64,000 nt of DNA from Escherichia coli (GCF_003334405.1 NZ_QOWM01000003.1), one strand, 5' to 3'. Counted from the first letter of the stretch, positions 23,013 to 35,787 are shown. Program-made: numbers and translations. The notes: generated by a model from the sequence alone, not told the origin.

Positions 23013-23036
23013 AGGCGGAGGTTTTTTCCTCCGCCT
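23013..23036. terminator. Bidirectional terminator between convergent aldA and gapC
   Basis: Stem aggcggagg / cctccgcct with loop tttttt. Confidence 0.7.
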
Positions 23037-23043
23037 GTGCGCG

Positions 23044-24056
<1,013 letters not shown>

Positions 24057-24232
24057 TCAGGAACGTTCGGATGAAAATTGATCCTTTCCAGGCTTAGACC
24101 AGGATGGCGGGATGGGCAATCTCCATTCTCACAGTGAAACGTAACGTACTGAAAACGGGTGAACAATATTTAATGAAATTTTGAGAAAAGCCCGTTATGT
24201 TAACGGAAAATTATGTTAAAGCAGGAAATGTT

Positions 24233-24763
24233 ATGGAAAATAAATATTCAAGGTTACAAATCAGCATTCACTGGCTGGTCTTTTTACTGGTTATCGCAGC
24301 GTATTGCGCAATGGAGTTTCGTGGTTTCTTCCCACGTAGCGATCGGCCACTCATCAACATGATTCATGTTTCCTGTGGCATCTCAATTCTCGTGCTGATG
24401 GTCGTTCGTCTTTTGTTAAGGCTGAAATACCCAACCCCGCCGATTATACCTAAGCCAAAACCGATGATGACGGGACTGGCGCATTTGGGACATTTGGTGA
24501 TTTATCTCCTGTTTATTGCGCTGCCAGTGATTGGTTTGGTGATGATGTATAACCGGGGCAACCCGTGGTTTGCGTTTGGTTTGACGATGCCTTACGCTTC
24601 AGAGGCCAATTTCGAACGGGTAGATAGCTTAAAGTCGTGGCATGAAACGCTGGCGAATCTGGGATATTTTGTCATCGGGTTGCACGCTGCGGCTGCACTG
24701 GCACACCACTATTTCTGGAAGGACAACACACTTCTACGCATGATGCCGCGTAAACGTTCCTGA
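24233..24763 (+). CDS. cybB: Cytochrome b561
   Basis: ATG at 24233 preceded by aggaaa; multi-helix membrane protein with conserved His. Confidence 0.9.
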   Translation: MENKYSRLQISIHWLVFLLVIAAYCAMEFRGFFPRSDRPLINMIHVSCGISILVLMVVRLLLRLKYPTPPIIPKPKPMMTGLAHLGHLVIYLLFIALPVIGLVMMYNRGNPWFAFGLTMPYASEANFERVDSLKSWHETLANLGYFVIGLHAAAALAHHYFWKDNTLLRMMPRKRS

Positions 24764-24773
24764 AGGATATTTA

Positions 24774-24837
24774 AAGAAAACGCCTGTACTAAAACCGACC
24801 CGTGGTACAGGCGAAGAATACGGGTCTACATCGGAAG
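24774..24837 (-). ncRNA. rydC: Hfq-dependent small RNA RydC
   Basis: Minus-strand sequence CTTCCGATGTAGACCCGTATTCTTCGCCTGTACCACGGGTCGGTTTTAGTACAGGCGTTTTCTT matches RydC as I recall it; 3' hairpin cgcctgtac / gtacaggcg followed by UUUUCUU is visible directly. Confidence 0.7.
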
Positions 24838-25007
24838 CGCCTATTATATTTATTTGTATGATAAATAAAACCATAATCCTTGCCCATACGTCCATCTGGC
24901 TTATTTTTAATCAATTCACCCGATCTTTGATCTCATCAACGGTATCAAAATAAACCAGCGTATAACGTTCAAATCGAACATAAGATTCGATAAACCATGG
25001 AGGTTAT

Positions 25008-25181
25008 ATGAAAAAACTGGCACTTATTTTGTTTATGGGAACGCTTGTTTCCTTTTATGCCGATGCCGGGCGCAAACCCTGTTCTGGTTCGAAAGGGGGG
25101 ATCTCACACTGTACGGCAGGCGGCAAATTTGTCTGTAATGATGGTTCTATTAGTGCATCGAAAAAAACATGCACTAACTGA
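25008..25181 (+). CDS. ydcA: Small secreted, Cys-containing protein (57 aa)
   Basis: ATG with ggagg RBS; signal-peptide-like N-terminus MKKLALILFMGTLVSFYADA. Confidence 0.7.
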   Translation: MKKLALILFMGTLVSFYADAGRKPCSGSKGGISHCTAGGKFVCNDGSISASKKTCTN

Positions 25182-25252
25182 AGTGTAAAAGGGGTGCCAT
25201 GAGAAAATGAATCTGCTAGTCAAATGCGCGGGGAAAATCCCCGCGCTTGCCC

Positions 25253-25439
<187 letters not shown>

Positions 25440-25460
<21 letters not shown>

Positions 25461-25505
25461 TCGTTGGCCTCGGTTGATAGAAATATCGGTCGGGGCCTTC
25501 GTCTT
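25440..25505 (+). ncRNA. sokB: Putative Sok-type antisense RNA over the mokB start (boundaries approximate)
   Basis: Position antisense to the mokB initiation region; plus-strand hairpin 25466-25497 followed by U-rich tract; inferred from hok/sok architecture. Confidence 0.35.
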
Positions 25506-25734
25506 TCTGATTCCCGGTTAGCCTGAAAACAGAAAGTCTCAGGCACCCGCAGGCATCCTATGAGGTTTCCTTAGGGACGAAAATAATCACTTCACGAAAT
25601 TGCGTGCTGTTTTCCAGAATTTTTCGTCATTCGGGTTAGCCAGTTTAGCCATTCGTTACTCTCTTCATTCCAATAGCATTAATTTTCTATGCAATAATTG
25701 TTGTAAAAATGTGACGCAAAGAGGTTTTTGGTCA

Positions 25735-25761
25735 TAAGTAATTACCGTCAAGTGCCGATGA
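25735..25761 (+). promoter_or_regulatory. Candidate sigma-28 (FliA) promoter for trg
   Basis: -10-like GCCGATGA (consensus GCCGATAA) with a weaker -35-like TAAGTAAT at 11-bp spacing, about 40 bp upstream of the trg ATG. Confidence 0.4.
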
Positions 25762-25800
25762 CTTTCTATCAGGAGTAAACCTGGACGAGAGACAACGGTA

Positions 25801-27441
25801 ATGAATACAACTCCCTCACAGCGATTAGGTTTTTTGCATCACATCAGGTTGGTTCCGTTATTTGCCTGCATTCTAGGCGGTATCTTAGTTCTATTCGCAT
25901 TAAGTTCAGCCCTGGCTGGCTATTTCCTCTGGCAGGCCGATCGCGATCAGCGTGATGTTACTGCGGAGATTGAGATTCGGACCGGGTTAGCGAACAGTTC
26001 AGATTTTTTGCGTTCAGCCCGGATCAATATGATTCAGGCCGGGGCTGCGAGTCGTATTGCGGAAATGGAAGCAATGAAGCGAAATATTGCGCAAGCCGAA
26101 TCGGAGATTAAACAGTCGCAGCAAGGTTATCGTGCTTATCAGAATCGACCGGTGAAAACACCTGCTGATGAAGCCCTCGACACTGAATTAAATCAACGCT
26201 TTCAGGCTTATATCACGGGTATGCAACCTATGTTGAAATATGCCAAAAATGGCATGTTTGAAGCGATTATCAATCATGAAAGTGAGCAGATCCGACCGCT
26301 GGATAATGCTTATACCGATATTTTGAACAAAGCCGTTAAGATACGTAGCACCAGAGCCAACCAACTGGCGGAACTGGCCCATCAGCGCACCCGCCTGGGT
26401 GGGATGTTCATGATTGGCGCGTTTGTGCTTGCCCTGGTCATGACGCTGATAACATTTATGGTGCTACGTCGGATCGTCATTCGTCCACTGCAACATGCCG
26501 CACAACGGATTGAAAAAATCGCCAGTGGCGATCTGACGATGAATGATGAACCGGCGGGTCGTAATGAAATCGGTCGCTTAAGTCGTCATTTACAGCAAAT
26601 GCAGCATTCACTGGGGATGACAGTAGGGACTGTTCGACAGGGCGCGGAAGAGATTTATCGTGGCACCAGCGAAATTTCAGCTGGCAATGCGGACCTGTCA
26701 TCTCGCACCGAAGAACAAGCGGCGGCTATCGAACAAACTGCCGCCAGCATGGAGCAACTCACTGCGACGGTGAAACAGAATGCGGATAACGCGCATCATG
26801 CCAGCAAACTGGCGCAAGAGGCTTCTATTAAAGCCAGCGATGGCGGGCAGACGGTTTCCGGTGTAGTAAAAACGATGGGCGCTATCTCCACGAGTTCGAA
26901 GAAAATTTCTGAGATCACCGCCGTCATCAACAGTATTGCTTTCCAGACGAATATTCTGGCACTGAATGCTGCCGTTGAAGCCGCGCGAGCGGGTGAGCAA
27001 GGGCGTGGATTTGCCGTTGTCGCCAGCGAAGTACGGACACTCGCAAGTCGCAGCGCTCAGGCGGCGAAAGAGATTGAAGGCTTGATCAGTGAATCAGTCA
27101 GGTTAATTGACCTGGGGTCGGATGAGGTGGCAACGGCCGGGAAAACCATGAGCACTATTGTTGATGCCGTCGCGAGTGTCACACATATCATGCAGGAAAT
27201 CGCCGCCGCCTCGGATGAACAAAGTAGAGGCATAACGCAGGTTAGCCAGGCGATTTCTGAAATGGATAAGGTGACGCAACAGAATGCTTCTCTGGTAGAA
27301 GAGGCCTCAGCGGCGGCGGTGTCCCTTGAAGAACAGGCGGCACGATTAACTGAGGCGGTGGATGTATTCCGTCTGCACAAACATTCTGTGTCGGCAGAAC
27401 CTCGCGGAGCGGGTGAACCAGTTAGTTTCGCTACGGTGTGA
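25801..27441 (+). CDS. trg: Methyl-accepting chemotaxis protein III (ribose/galactose sensor)
   Basis: 546 aa; two TM segments, HAMP and the highly conserved MCP signalling domain. Confidence 0.95.
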   Translation: MNTTPSQRLGFLHHIRLVPLFACILGGILVLFALSSALAGYFLWQADRDQRDVTAEIEIRTGLANSSDFLRSARINMIQAGAASRIAEMEAMKRNIAQAESEIKQSQQGYRAYQNRPVKTPADEALDTELNQRFQAYITGMQPMLKYAKNGMFEAIINHESEQIRPLDNAYTDILNKAVKIRSTRANQLAELAHQRTRLGGMFMIGAFVLALVMTLITFMVLRRIVIRPLQHAAQRIEKIASGDLTMNDEPAGRNEIGRLSRHLQQMQHSLGMTVGTVRQGAEEIYRGTSEISAGNADLSSRTEEQAAAIEQTAASMEQLTATVKQNADNAHHASKLAQEASIKASDGGQTVSGVVKTMGAISTSSKKISEITAVINSIAFQTNILALNAAVEAARAGEQGRGFAVVASEVRTLASRSAQAAKEIEGLISESVRLIDLGSDEVATAGKTMSTIVDAVASVTHIMQEIAAASDEQSRGITQVSQAISEMDKVTQQNASLVEEASAAAVSLEEQAARLTEAVDVFRLHKHSVSAEPRGAGEPVSFATV

Positions 27442-27454
27442 AAATGTTCAAGGA

Positions 27455-27476
27455 GGGATCGACAGATCCCTTCACC
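27455..27476. terminator. Hairpin between convergent trg and ydcI
   Basis: gggatc-gaca-gatccc followed by a T-rich tract. Confidence 0.45.
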
Positions 27477-27478
27477 TT

Positions 27479-28402
27479 TCAGAACGGCATTGATTTTCGA
27501 ATAGCGTTAATCATCAACTGGCAACCAGAAGAGAACGTCGCATCTACGCGGGTCAGTATTCCAATCGGTTCGCCTGCACCATGTCCCGGAACAGGCAGGG
27601 CCACCAGCGTGGCATGACGCAGGTCGTCTTTTACAGCGCCAGAAGGGACAAACCACACGTAATCGTATTCAACCGTAAGTTGACGAGATAGCGAAGCAGA
27701 CAGCGTTTCGATACAACCCGAAGGAATTTTACAGCCCTGGCTCTGCACTAATGCATCTGAATGCTGGCGTGGCGCAGTGCCTTCTGGTGATACAACGACC
27801 GGCCATTCCAGCACCCGGCTTAGCGTTACGTTCTCCTGAAGTAGCGGGTGATTAGGGCGGACAACCAGCTTCAACGATTCAAGAAACAGCAGTTCGTAAT
27901 TAAGCCCGGTCATCAGTTCAGGATCTGACATCCGACCAATGCCGATATCGATTTCCCCGGTTTTTAAACCCGCCAGAATCATAGGGTTACTCATTGTCGC
28001 AACTTGCAAGGTCGTCTCTTTTTGTTGCTGATGAAACTGACCTATAACCGAAGGTAATATCCCCAGTGCCGCAGTAGGTAGTGCACCAACCCTGACGACA
28101 TCATTATTAAGACCTTCTTTACGATGAAGCGACCGTCCGGCAGTGTTGATGGCGTCAAGAACTCTGACTGCATGCGTTAAAAATTGTTCGCCGGGTAAGG
28201 TAAGTTGCGCCCCCTGACGACCACGCTCAAACAAGCGAGCGCCAGTCAGCTGCTCCAGTTCATTCAATGTCTTAGAGAGCGCAGGTTGACTCAAATTAAG
28301 GGTTTCAGCCGCGCGCCCCAAAGTTCCTTGTTGTGCGACAGCTACGAATGTATGAAGGTGGCGCAAACGGATGCGCTGACTAAACAGACTATTTTTTTCC
28401 AT
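27479..28402 (-). CDS. ydcI: LysR-family transcriptional regulator
   Basis: 307 aa from the internal ATG at 28402; N-terminal HTH region; the longer track ORF is rejected. Confidence 0.85.
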   Translation of the reverse strand: MEKNSLFSQRIRLRHLHTFVAVAQQGTLGRAAETLNLSQPALSKTLNELEQLTGARLFERGRQGAQLTLPGEQFLTHAVRVLDAINTAGRSLHRKEGLNNDVVRVGALPTAALGILPSVIGQFHQQQKETTLQVATMSNPMILAGLKTGEIDIGIGRMSDPELMTGLNYELLFLESLKLVVRPNHPLLQENVTLSRVLEWPVVVSPEGTAPRQHSDALVQSQGCKIPSGCIETLSASLSRQLTVEYDYVWFVPSGAVKDDLRHATLVALPVPGHGAGEPIGILTRVDATFSSGCQLMINAIRKSMPF

Positions 28403-28618
28403 AAGCGATGTTAAAAACGAAGCGGTGTCGCTGACAAGTGAAGTTGTTTGATTATGATAACTTGATTGTAAAATATTATTAACAATTAAAGCAATTATGT
28501 TACAGCAAAATGGATAATATTGATGTTTTCGCGGCGAGATCACAGTTTGTAAATTCTTCCCGCAAGAGTGAATGCGGTTACCTACACTCCAGATTACTGA
28601 CCACTGGAGGCAGACACT

Positions 28619-29962
28619 ATGGCGAACAGCATCACGGCGGATGAGATTCGGGAACAGTTTTCGCAGGCAATGTCAGCCATGTACCAGCAAGAAGTTCCGC
28701 AATATGGCACGCTGCTGGAACTGGTAGCTGATGTGAATCTGGCTGTGCTGGAAAACAATCCTCAACTGCACGAAAAAATGGTAAATGCAGACGAGCTGGC
28801 GCGACTGAATGTTGAACGTCATGGGGCGATTCGCGTTGGGACTGCACAAGAGCTTGCTACTCTTCGGCGGATGTTTGCCATTATGGGGATGTACCCGGTG
28901 AGCTATTACGATCTCTCGCAGGCAGGGGTGCCGGTACATTCGACAGCATTTCGGCCCATTGATGATGCTTCTCTGGCGCGTAATCCCTTCCGCGTTTTTA
29001 CCTCCTTACTCCGCCTTGAGCTTATCGAGAACGAAATTTTGCGCCAGAAAGCGGCGGAGATTCTGCGTCAGCGCGATATCTTCACCCCACGTTGTCGACA
29101 ACTGTTAGAGGAATATGAGCAGCAGGGCGGTTTTAACGAAACACAGGCACAGGAGTTTGTGCAGGAAGCCCTGGAAACGTTTCGCTGGCACCAGTCAGCA
29201 ACGGTAGATGAAGAAACCTATCGCGCATTGCACAACGAACATCGGTTGATTGCTGATGTGGTCTGTTTTCCTGGATGCCATATCAACCACCTGACGCCAC
29301 GTACGCTGGATATTGACCGGGTGCAGTCGATGATGCCTGAATGCGGAATTGAACCCAAAATTCTCATCGAGGGGCCGCCGCGCCGCGAGGTACCGATTTT
29401 ACTACGCCAGACCAGCTTTAAAGCACTGGAAGAGACGGTGTTGTTTGCGGGGCAGAAACAGGGCACGCATACCGCGCGCTTTGGTGAAATTGAGCAGCGT
29501 GGCGTGGCATTAACGCCGAAAGGGCGACAACTGTATGATGATCTTCTGCGTAACGCTGGAACCGGGCAGGATAATCTCACTCACCAAATGCATTTACAGG
29601 AAACCTTCCGCACTTTTCCTGACAGTGAGTTTTTAATGCGTCAGCAAGGGTTGGCATGGTTCCGGTACCGTCTGACGCCTTCGGGTGAGGCGCATCGTCA
29701 GGCGATTCATCCTGGAGACGATCCACAGCCCTTAATTGAACGTGGTTGGGTAGTGGCGCAACCCATCACCTATGAAGATTTCTTGCCCGTTAGCGCGGCG
29801 GGGATCTTCCAGTCAAATCTGGGTAATGAAACGCAGACACGCAGTCACGGTAATGCCAGTCGCGAAGCATTTGAGCAGGCGTTGGGTTGTCCGGTTTTGG
29901 ATGAGTTCCAGCTTTACCAGGAAGCGGAAGAACGCAGTAAACGTCGCTGTGGTTTGCTTTAA
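28619..29962 (+). CDS. ydcJ: DUF1338 protein (possibly a metal-dependent oxygenase family)
   Basis: 447 aa ORF divergent from ydcI. Confidence 0.8.
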   Translation: MANSITADEIREQFSQAMSAMYQQEVPQYGTLLELVADVNLAVLENNPQLHEKMVNADELARLNVERHGAIRVGTAQELATLRRMFAIMGMYPVSYYDLSQAGVPVHSTAFRPIDDASLARNPFRVFTSLLRLELIENEILRQKAAEILRQRDIFTPRCRQLLEEYEQQGGFNETQAQEFVQEALETFRWHQSATVDEETYRALHNEHRLIADVVCFPGCHINHLTPRTLDIDRVQSMMPECGIEPKILIEGPPRREVPILLRQTSFKALEETVLFAGQKQGTHTARFGEIEQRGVALTPKGRQLYDDLLRNAGTGQDNLTHQMHLQETFRTFPDSEFLMRQQGLAWFRYRLTPSGEAHRQAIHPGDDPQPLIERGWVVAQPITYEDFLPVSAAGIFQSNLGNETQTRSHGNASREAFEQALGCPVLDEFQLYQEAEERSKRRCGLL

Positions 29963-30186
29963 AATCTGACCATCCGCCTTTGCAAAAATTTGCCTGATTT
30001 TACAAACGAATCAGGCTCATCCCATCGACATAAAAAAAATGCCGATTTATGCATATTCTCTCAGTTCAACAATTGGATTATTAATAAATATTGTCTAGAG
30101 TGAGCGGTCATAAATAAGCACTTTCTTGCCGCTGAAAACGACCAGCGCGGGACCATTCACAACACCAGAAGGACTCACTTTCAGGT

Positions 30187-31842
30187 ATGGATCGTAGACG
30201 ATTTATTAAAGGTTCAATGGCTATGGCCGCCGTGTGCGGTACCAGCGGCATTGCTTCTCTTTTTTCTCAGGCGGCATTCGCGGCAGATTCTGATATTGCC
30301 GACGGGCAAACCCAGCGTTTTGACTTCTCCATTCTACAGTCAATGGCGCACGACTTAGCGCAAACAGCGTGGCGTGGTGCGCCTCGTCCGTTACCTGACA
30401 CGCTGGCGACAATGACGCCGCAGGCTTATAACAGTATTCAATACGACGCCGAAAAATCGCTCTGGCATAACGTTGAGAACCGTCAACTGGACGCTCAGTT
30501 CTTCCATATGGGAATGGGATTCCGTCGCCGCGTTCGTATGTTTTCTGTAGATCCAGCAACACATCTGGCGCGTGAAATTCACTTTCGCCCGGAGTTGTTC
30601 AAATACAACGATGCAGGTGTTGATACAAAACAATTAGAAGGGCAAAGCGATCTCGGCTTTGCCGGTTTTCGCGTGTTTAAAGCCCCCGAACTGGCGCGCC
30701 GTGATGTAGTATCATTTCTCGGCGCGAGTTATTTCCGCGCCGTTGATGATACATATCAATACGGTTTGTCGGCCCGCGGCCTGGCGATCGACACTTACAC
30801 CGACAGTAAAGAAGAGTTCCCCGACTTTACCGCCTTCTGGTTTGATACGGTAAAACCGGGGGCAACTACCTTTACCGTTTATGCGTTGCTCGATAGCGCC
30901 AGCATTACTGGTGCCTATAAGTTCACTATCCATTGTGAGAAAAGTCAGGTGATTATGGATGTGGAAAATCACCTGTATGCGCGCAAAGACATTAAACAGC
31001 TGGGCATTGCGCCGATGACCAGTATGTTCAGCTGCGGTACTAATGAACGTCGGATGTGCGATACAATTCATCCGCAAATTCATGACTCTGATCGTCTGTC
31101 CATGTGGCGGGGCAACGGCGAGTGGATTTGCCGTCCGCTGAATAATCCGCAAAAATTGCAGTTCAATGCTTACACCGACAACAACCCGAAAGGGTTTGGT
31201 TTATTGCAACTGGATCGTGACTTCTCCCATTATCAGGACATTATGGGCTGGTATAACAAACGCCCAAGTCTGTGGGTGGAACCGCGTAACAAGTGGGGTA
31301 AGGGCACCATCGGCCTGATGGAAATCCCAACAACGGGCGAAACGCTGGATAACATTGTCTGCTTCTGGCAGCCAGAAAAAGCTGTAAAAGCAGGTGATGA
31401 GTTTGCATTCCAGTATCGTCTGTACTGGAGTGCGCAACCGCCTGTTCATTGCCCATTAGCGCGCGTTATGGCGACGCGTACCGGCATGGGCGGTTTCTCG
31501 GAAGGTTGGGCGCCAGGTGAACACTATCCCGAAAAATGGGCGCGTCGTTTTGCCGTCGATTTCGTTGGTGGTGATCTGAAAGCTGCCGCGCCAAAAGGCA
31601 TTGAGCCGGTGATTACGCTTTCCAGTGGGGAAGCGAAGCAAATCGAAATTCTCTATATTGAACCCATCGATGGTTATCGTATTCAGTTTGACTGGTATCC
31701 GACTTCGGACTCCACTGATCCGGTCGATATGCGGATGTATCTACGTTGTCAGGGGGACGCTATCAGTGAAACATGGCTGTATCAGTATTTCCCGCCAGCG
31801 CCGGATAAACGTCAGTATGTTGACGACCGCGTGATGAGTTAA
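30187..31842 (+). CDS. opgD: Periplasmic glucan biosynthesis protein OpgD (MdoD), Tat-secreted
   Basis: 551 aa; twin-arginine signal MDRRRFIKG...AFA. Confidence 0.9.
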   Translation: MDRRRFIKGSMAMAAVCGTSGIASLFSQAAFAADSDIADGQTQRFDFSILQSMAHDLAQTAWRGAPRPLPDTLATMTPQAYNSIQYDAEKSLWHNVENRQLDAQFFHMGMGFRRRVRMFSVDPATHLAREIHFRPELFKYNDAGVDTKQLEGQSDLGFAGFRVFKAPELARRDVVSFLGASYFRAVDDTYQYGLSARGLAIDTYTDSKEEFPDFTAFWFDTVKPGATTFTVYALLDSASITGAYKFTIHCEKSQVIMDVENHLYARKDIKQLGIAPMTSMFSCGTNERRMCDTIHPQIHDSDRLSMWRGNGEWICRPLNNPQKLQFNAYTDNNPKGFGLLQLDRDFSHYQDIMGWYNKRPSLWVEPRNKWGKGTIGLMEIPTTGETLDNIVCFWQPEKAVKAGDEFAFQYRLYWSAQPPVHCPLARVMATRTGMGGFSEGWAPGEHYPEKWARRFAVDFVGGDLKAAAPKGIEPVITLSSGEAKQIEILYIEPIDGYRIQFDWYPTSDSTDPVDMRMYLRCQGDAISETWLYQYFPPAPDKRQYVDDRVMS

Positions 31843-31981
31843 TCGTTTTTTCTTCGGCACCTTCTTCGGGAGGTGCCGTCTGGTTAAACACGATCCCGCT
31901 CGCATTTTTCCCTAAGTTAAATGAGTAATCTGATGGTGTGTATTTCAGATACACCTTGTCAGCCACTAACAGGGAGTGCGT

Positions 31982-32206
31982 ATGTTTCCAGAATACCGAG
32001 ATTTAATATCCCGTCTGAAAAACGAAAATCCTCGCTTTATGTCCTTGTTCGATAAACACAATAAACTTGATCATGAAATTGCCAGAAAGGAAGGTTCCGA
32101 CGGTCGAGGGTACAATGCGGAAGTGGTCCGCATGAAAAAACAAAAGCTACAGTTAAAAGATGAGATGCTCAAAATCCTGCAGCAGGAGAGCGTCAAAGAG
32201 GTGTAA
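31982..32206 (+). CDS. ydcH: DUF465 small protein
   Basis: ATG at 31982 with agggag RBS; 74 aa. Confidence 0.75.
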   Translation: MFPEYRDLISRLKNENPRFMSLFDKHNKLDHEIARKEGSDGRGYNAEVVRMKKQKLQLKDEMLKILQQESVKEV

Positions 32207-32216
32207 ACTTTCCTAA

Positions 32217-32239
32217 GCCGCCAGCCAGGCGGCTTTTTT
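32217..32239 (+). terminator. Rho-independent terminator of ydcH
   Basis: gccgcc-agcca-ggcggc followed by T6. Confidence 0.7.
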
Positions 32240-32268
32240 AACAACTGCATGGATTGACTGGAGATAAG

Positions 32269-32808
32269 ATGACTGAAACGATAAAAGTAAGCGAATCACT
32301 TGAATTACATGCTGTTGCAGAAAATCACGTCAAACCTCTTTATCAGTTAATCTGTAAAAATAAAACCTGGTTACAGCAGTCGCTAAACTGGCCGCAGTTT
32401 GTTCAAAGTGAAGAGGACACGCGAAAAACGGTGCAGGGTAATGTGATGTTGCATCAACGCGGCTATGCCAAAATGTTCATGATTTTCAAAGAAGATGAAC
32501 TTATCGGCGTTATCTCGTTTAATCGTATTGAACCACTGAATAAAACCGCTGAAATAGGCTACTGGCTGGACGAATCTCATCAGGGGCAGGGGATCATTTC
32601 TCAGGCGCTGCAGGCATTGATTCATCATTACGCCCAGTCTGGTGAACTTAGACGCTTCGTGATCAAATGTCGGGTGGACAATCCGCAAAGCAACCAGGTC
32701 GCTTTGCGCAATGGTTTTATCCTTGAAGGTTGCCTGAAACAGGCTGAGTTCCTGAATGATGCCTATGATGATGTGAACTTATACGCGCGTATTATCGATT
32801 CACAATAA
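32269..32808 (+). CDS. rimL: Ribosomal protein L7/L12 serine N-acetyltransferase
   Basis: GNAT-fold protein starting [16 protein letters not shown]. Confidence 0.85.
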   Translation: MTETIKVSESLELHAVAENHVKPLYQLICKNKTWLQQSLNWPQFVQSEEDTRKTVQGNVMLHQRGYAKMFMIFKEDELIGVISFNRIEPLNKTAEIGYWLDESHQGQGIISQALQALIHHYAQSGELRRFVIKCRVDNPQSNQVALRNGFILEGCLKQAEFLNDAYDDVNLYARIIDSQ

Positions 32809-33780
32809 CCCTGCCAGCGGCGTTCGCGTAATGCGCTCCTCGCCGTTAATGACTTTTGGACCACGGACATGAACCGTGTCGCCATCAAAGGCTTCAACGA
32901 CGGCGTGGTCGGTTAACTCCACATGGTTTTCAATTATCACCGCACCTGTAATACGGCTCTCACCTTGTATGACAACGTGCTCGTCGAGCAGAATCGGTCC
33001 GCCACGTACCACGGCATTTCCGCCAACCAAGACATGATGTTTTAACACACAATTACCTTCCACAATGGCATATTCCGCCACCTGCGAACTGTAATGAATC
33101 GTCGGAATGGCATCTTCTTCTATGCCAGCTTTCACCTGCGCGTGACCGTAGACTTTAGCGCAATCGCATAGCCAGACATTGTTCTCTTCATTACCTTCAA
33201 TACTGGCAAAATCAAAAACTTCGGCGCGATGTTCAATAAAAGCATACCGGACGACGGCATCGCCATAAATTTGTGCCTGGTGGACAATACGCGAGGCGCT
33301 AACCCTTGCGCGATCATAAATTTGGAGCAGGAGTTGATGGTCGGGCGTTAAGCCTTGTGCGGCGACGATCATAGAATGTTGATCAATTAAGGCGTGACCA
33401 AATATTCTACATTGCCCGTAAACTAATGAGTCATGAATGGTGACGCTGTCACTTATATATGCACCCAAGCTGATTTCACTATTATCGATCCAGACGTTAT
33501 CCGTTGCGTAAACCTCTCCCCACAGCACGCTGGTGCCGGTGATACGCGTATTACCGGAAATCACCGCTCCGCCGAACGCAATAGCATTCTGGTCGTAAAT
33601 CCAGCAATTTCCTTCTTGTGCTAACACCGTTTCGCGATCGATCCAGCCGCCAGCGGTTCCTGCTATCACATCGTTAAAATCGCTAATGGCGATAATCTGC
33701 CGTAATAACACATTTTTTTTAGTGCCATCTTCCTGATAACTAAAGGCTCGCTGTTCTTCACTTAGACGATATTTGCGCAT
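32800..33780 (-). CDS. ydcK: Hexapeptide-repeat (LpxD/LpxA-like left-handed beta-helix) protein
   Basis: 326 aa ORF; 3' end overlaps the rimL 3' end by 9 bp. Confidence 0.8.
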
Positions 33781-33903
33781 AGCGTTTTCCCACAGGTGAC
33801 TTACTATAACCGTAGCAAATTCTGCGGCTCTGGCTATGCTCGAGAAAATTCCATAAAATGCATTTCAAATATACTTTATAAATTAAACAAAATGAGTAAG
33901 AAG

Positions 33904-34896
33904 ATGCAGAGCGATAAAGTGCTCAATTTGCCGGCAGGCTACTTTGGTATTGTGTTGGGGACGATAGGGATGGGATTTGCCTGGCGCTATGCCAGCCAGG
34001 TTTGGCAGGTCAGCCACTGGTTAGGGGATGGGCTGGTGATTCTGGCGATGATCATCTGGGGATTATTGACTAGCGCATTTATTGCCCGACTCATACGCTT
34101 TCCGCATAGCGTGCTGGCGGAAGTTCGCCATCCAGTGCTGAGCAGTTTTGTGAGTTTGTTTCCGGCAACGACGATGCTGGTGGCGATTGGTTTTGTTCCG
34201 TGGTTTCGCCCACTGGCGGTGTGCCTGTTCAGTTTTGGTGTCGTGGTTCAGTTGGCTTATGCCGCCTGGCAAACTGCGGGATTATGGCGCGGATCTCACC
34301 CTGAAGAAGCTACCACGCCTGGACTGTATCTGCCGACAGTTGCCAACAACTTTATCAGCGCAATGGCCTGTGGTGCGTTGGGCTACACCGACGCCGGTCT
34401 GGTGTTTTTAGGCGCAGGCGTTTTCTCATGGCTAAGCCTTGAACCGGTGATCTTGCAGCGTCTGCGCAGTTCGGGAGAATTACCCACGGCACTGCGGACA
34501 TCACTCGGCATTCAGCTCGCTCCTGCGCTGGTGGCTTGTAGTGCCTGGCTGAGCGTCAACGGCGGCGAGGGTGACACGCTGGCGAAAATGCTTTTCGGTT
34601 ATGGACTGCTGCAACTGCTGTTTATGCTACGTCTGATGCCATGGTATCTCTCCCAGCCATTTAATGCTTCATTCTGGAGTTTCTCGTTCGGCGTATCTGC
34701 ACTGGCAACCACCGGTTTGCATCTGGGGAGTGGCAGCGATAATGGATTTTTCCATACGCTGGCGGTGCCGCTGTTTATCTTTACCAATTTTATTATTGCA
34801 ATACTGCTCATCCGTACTTTTGCGCTTCTGATGCAGGGAAAATTGTTAGTCAGAACCGAGCGCGCCGTTTTAATGAAAGCAGAGGACAAAGAATGA
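33904..34896 (+). CDS. tehA: Tellurite-resistance / C4-dicarboxylate transporter family membrane protein
   Basis: 330 aa from ATG 33904 ([19 protein letters not shown]...); multi-TM. Confidence 0.9.
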
Positions 34897-35486
34897 TCAT
34901 TCGTGACGAAAACTATTTTACTGATAAATATGAATTAACCCGCACACACTCTGAAGTACTGGAAGCGGTGAAAGTGGTTAAACCGGGTAAAACGCTGGAT
35001 CTGGGCTGTGGCAATGGTCGTAACAGTCTTTACCTGGCAGCCAATGGTTATGATGTTGACGCATGGGATAAAAATGCCATGAGTATCGCCAACGTCGAGC
35101 GCATTAAATCCATTGAAAATCTGGATAATTTACACACCCGAGTCGTTGATCTGAATAACCTCACATTTGATAGACAGTACGATTTTATTCTTTCGACTGT
35201 GGTGCTGATGTTCCTTGAGGCTAAAACCATCCCCGGGTTGATTGCCAATATGCAACGTTGCACTAAACCTGGTGGTTACAACCTGATTGTGGCGGCGATG
35301 GATACCGCTGATTATCCATGTACCGTCGGCTTCCCGTTTGCCTTCAAAGAGGGAGAATTACGTCGATATTACGAAGGCTGGGAGAGGGTGAAATACAATG
35401 AAGACGTCGGCGAGCTGCACCGCACCGACGCCAACGGTAATCGTATTAAACTGCGTTTCGCCACGATGCTGGCACGTAAAAAATGA
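34893..35486 (+). CDS. tehB: Tellurite methyltransferase (SAM-dependent)
   Basis: 197 aa; motif [15 protein letters not shown] overlap with tehA stop. Confidence 0.9.
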
Positions 35487-35787
35487 CCCGGTAAGCACAA
35501 AACGCGTGAAAATTCCCCACGCTGAGATGATTTACTGTTCTTCTTTTCGGTAAGCATATTTTTTATCGAAGGGATGTGAAATTAATCACAGTAGTCGAAG
35601 TTTTTAGCAGCTTAACTTACTGAAATTTAAGTACTGATGATTGACTTAGCCCCTTTTTCGGCATTGACTATGTCGTCTGAAAAGGGGCTGAAAAATTTAT
35701 TTTCACCAACACTTTTTTTGCCACAACACGAAGCGGCGCTTTTTGCTATAACTTAGAAAGTAATATAATCATCTCAGGAAACTATTC

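Noticed and set aside
27479-28543. Extended N-termini proposed by the ORF track for ydcI (354 aa), and similarly cybB, tehA, ydcO, mnaT, curA, mcbR, ansP and vgrG
   Set aside because: The track uses the most upstream possible start; internal ATG codons with good RBS spacing give proteins starting at conserved N-termini, so the shorter genes were annotated.
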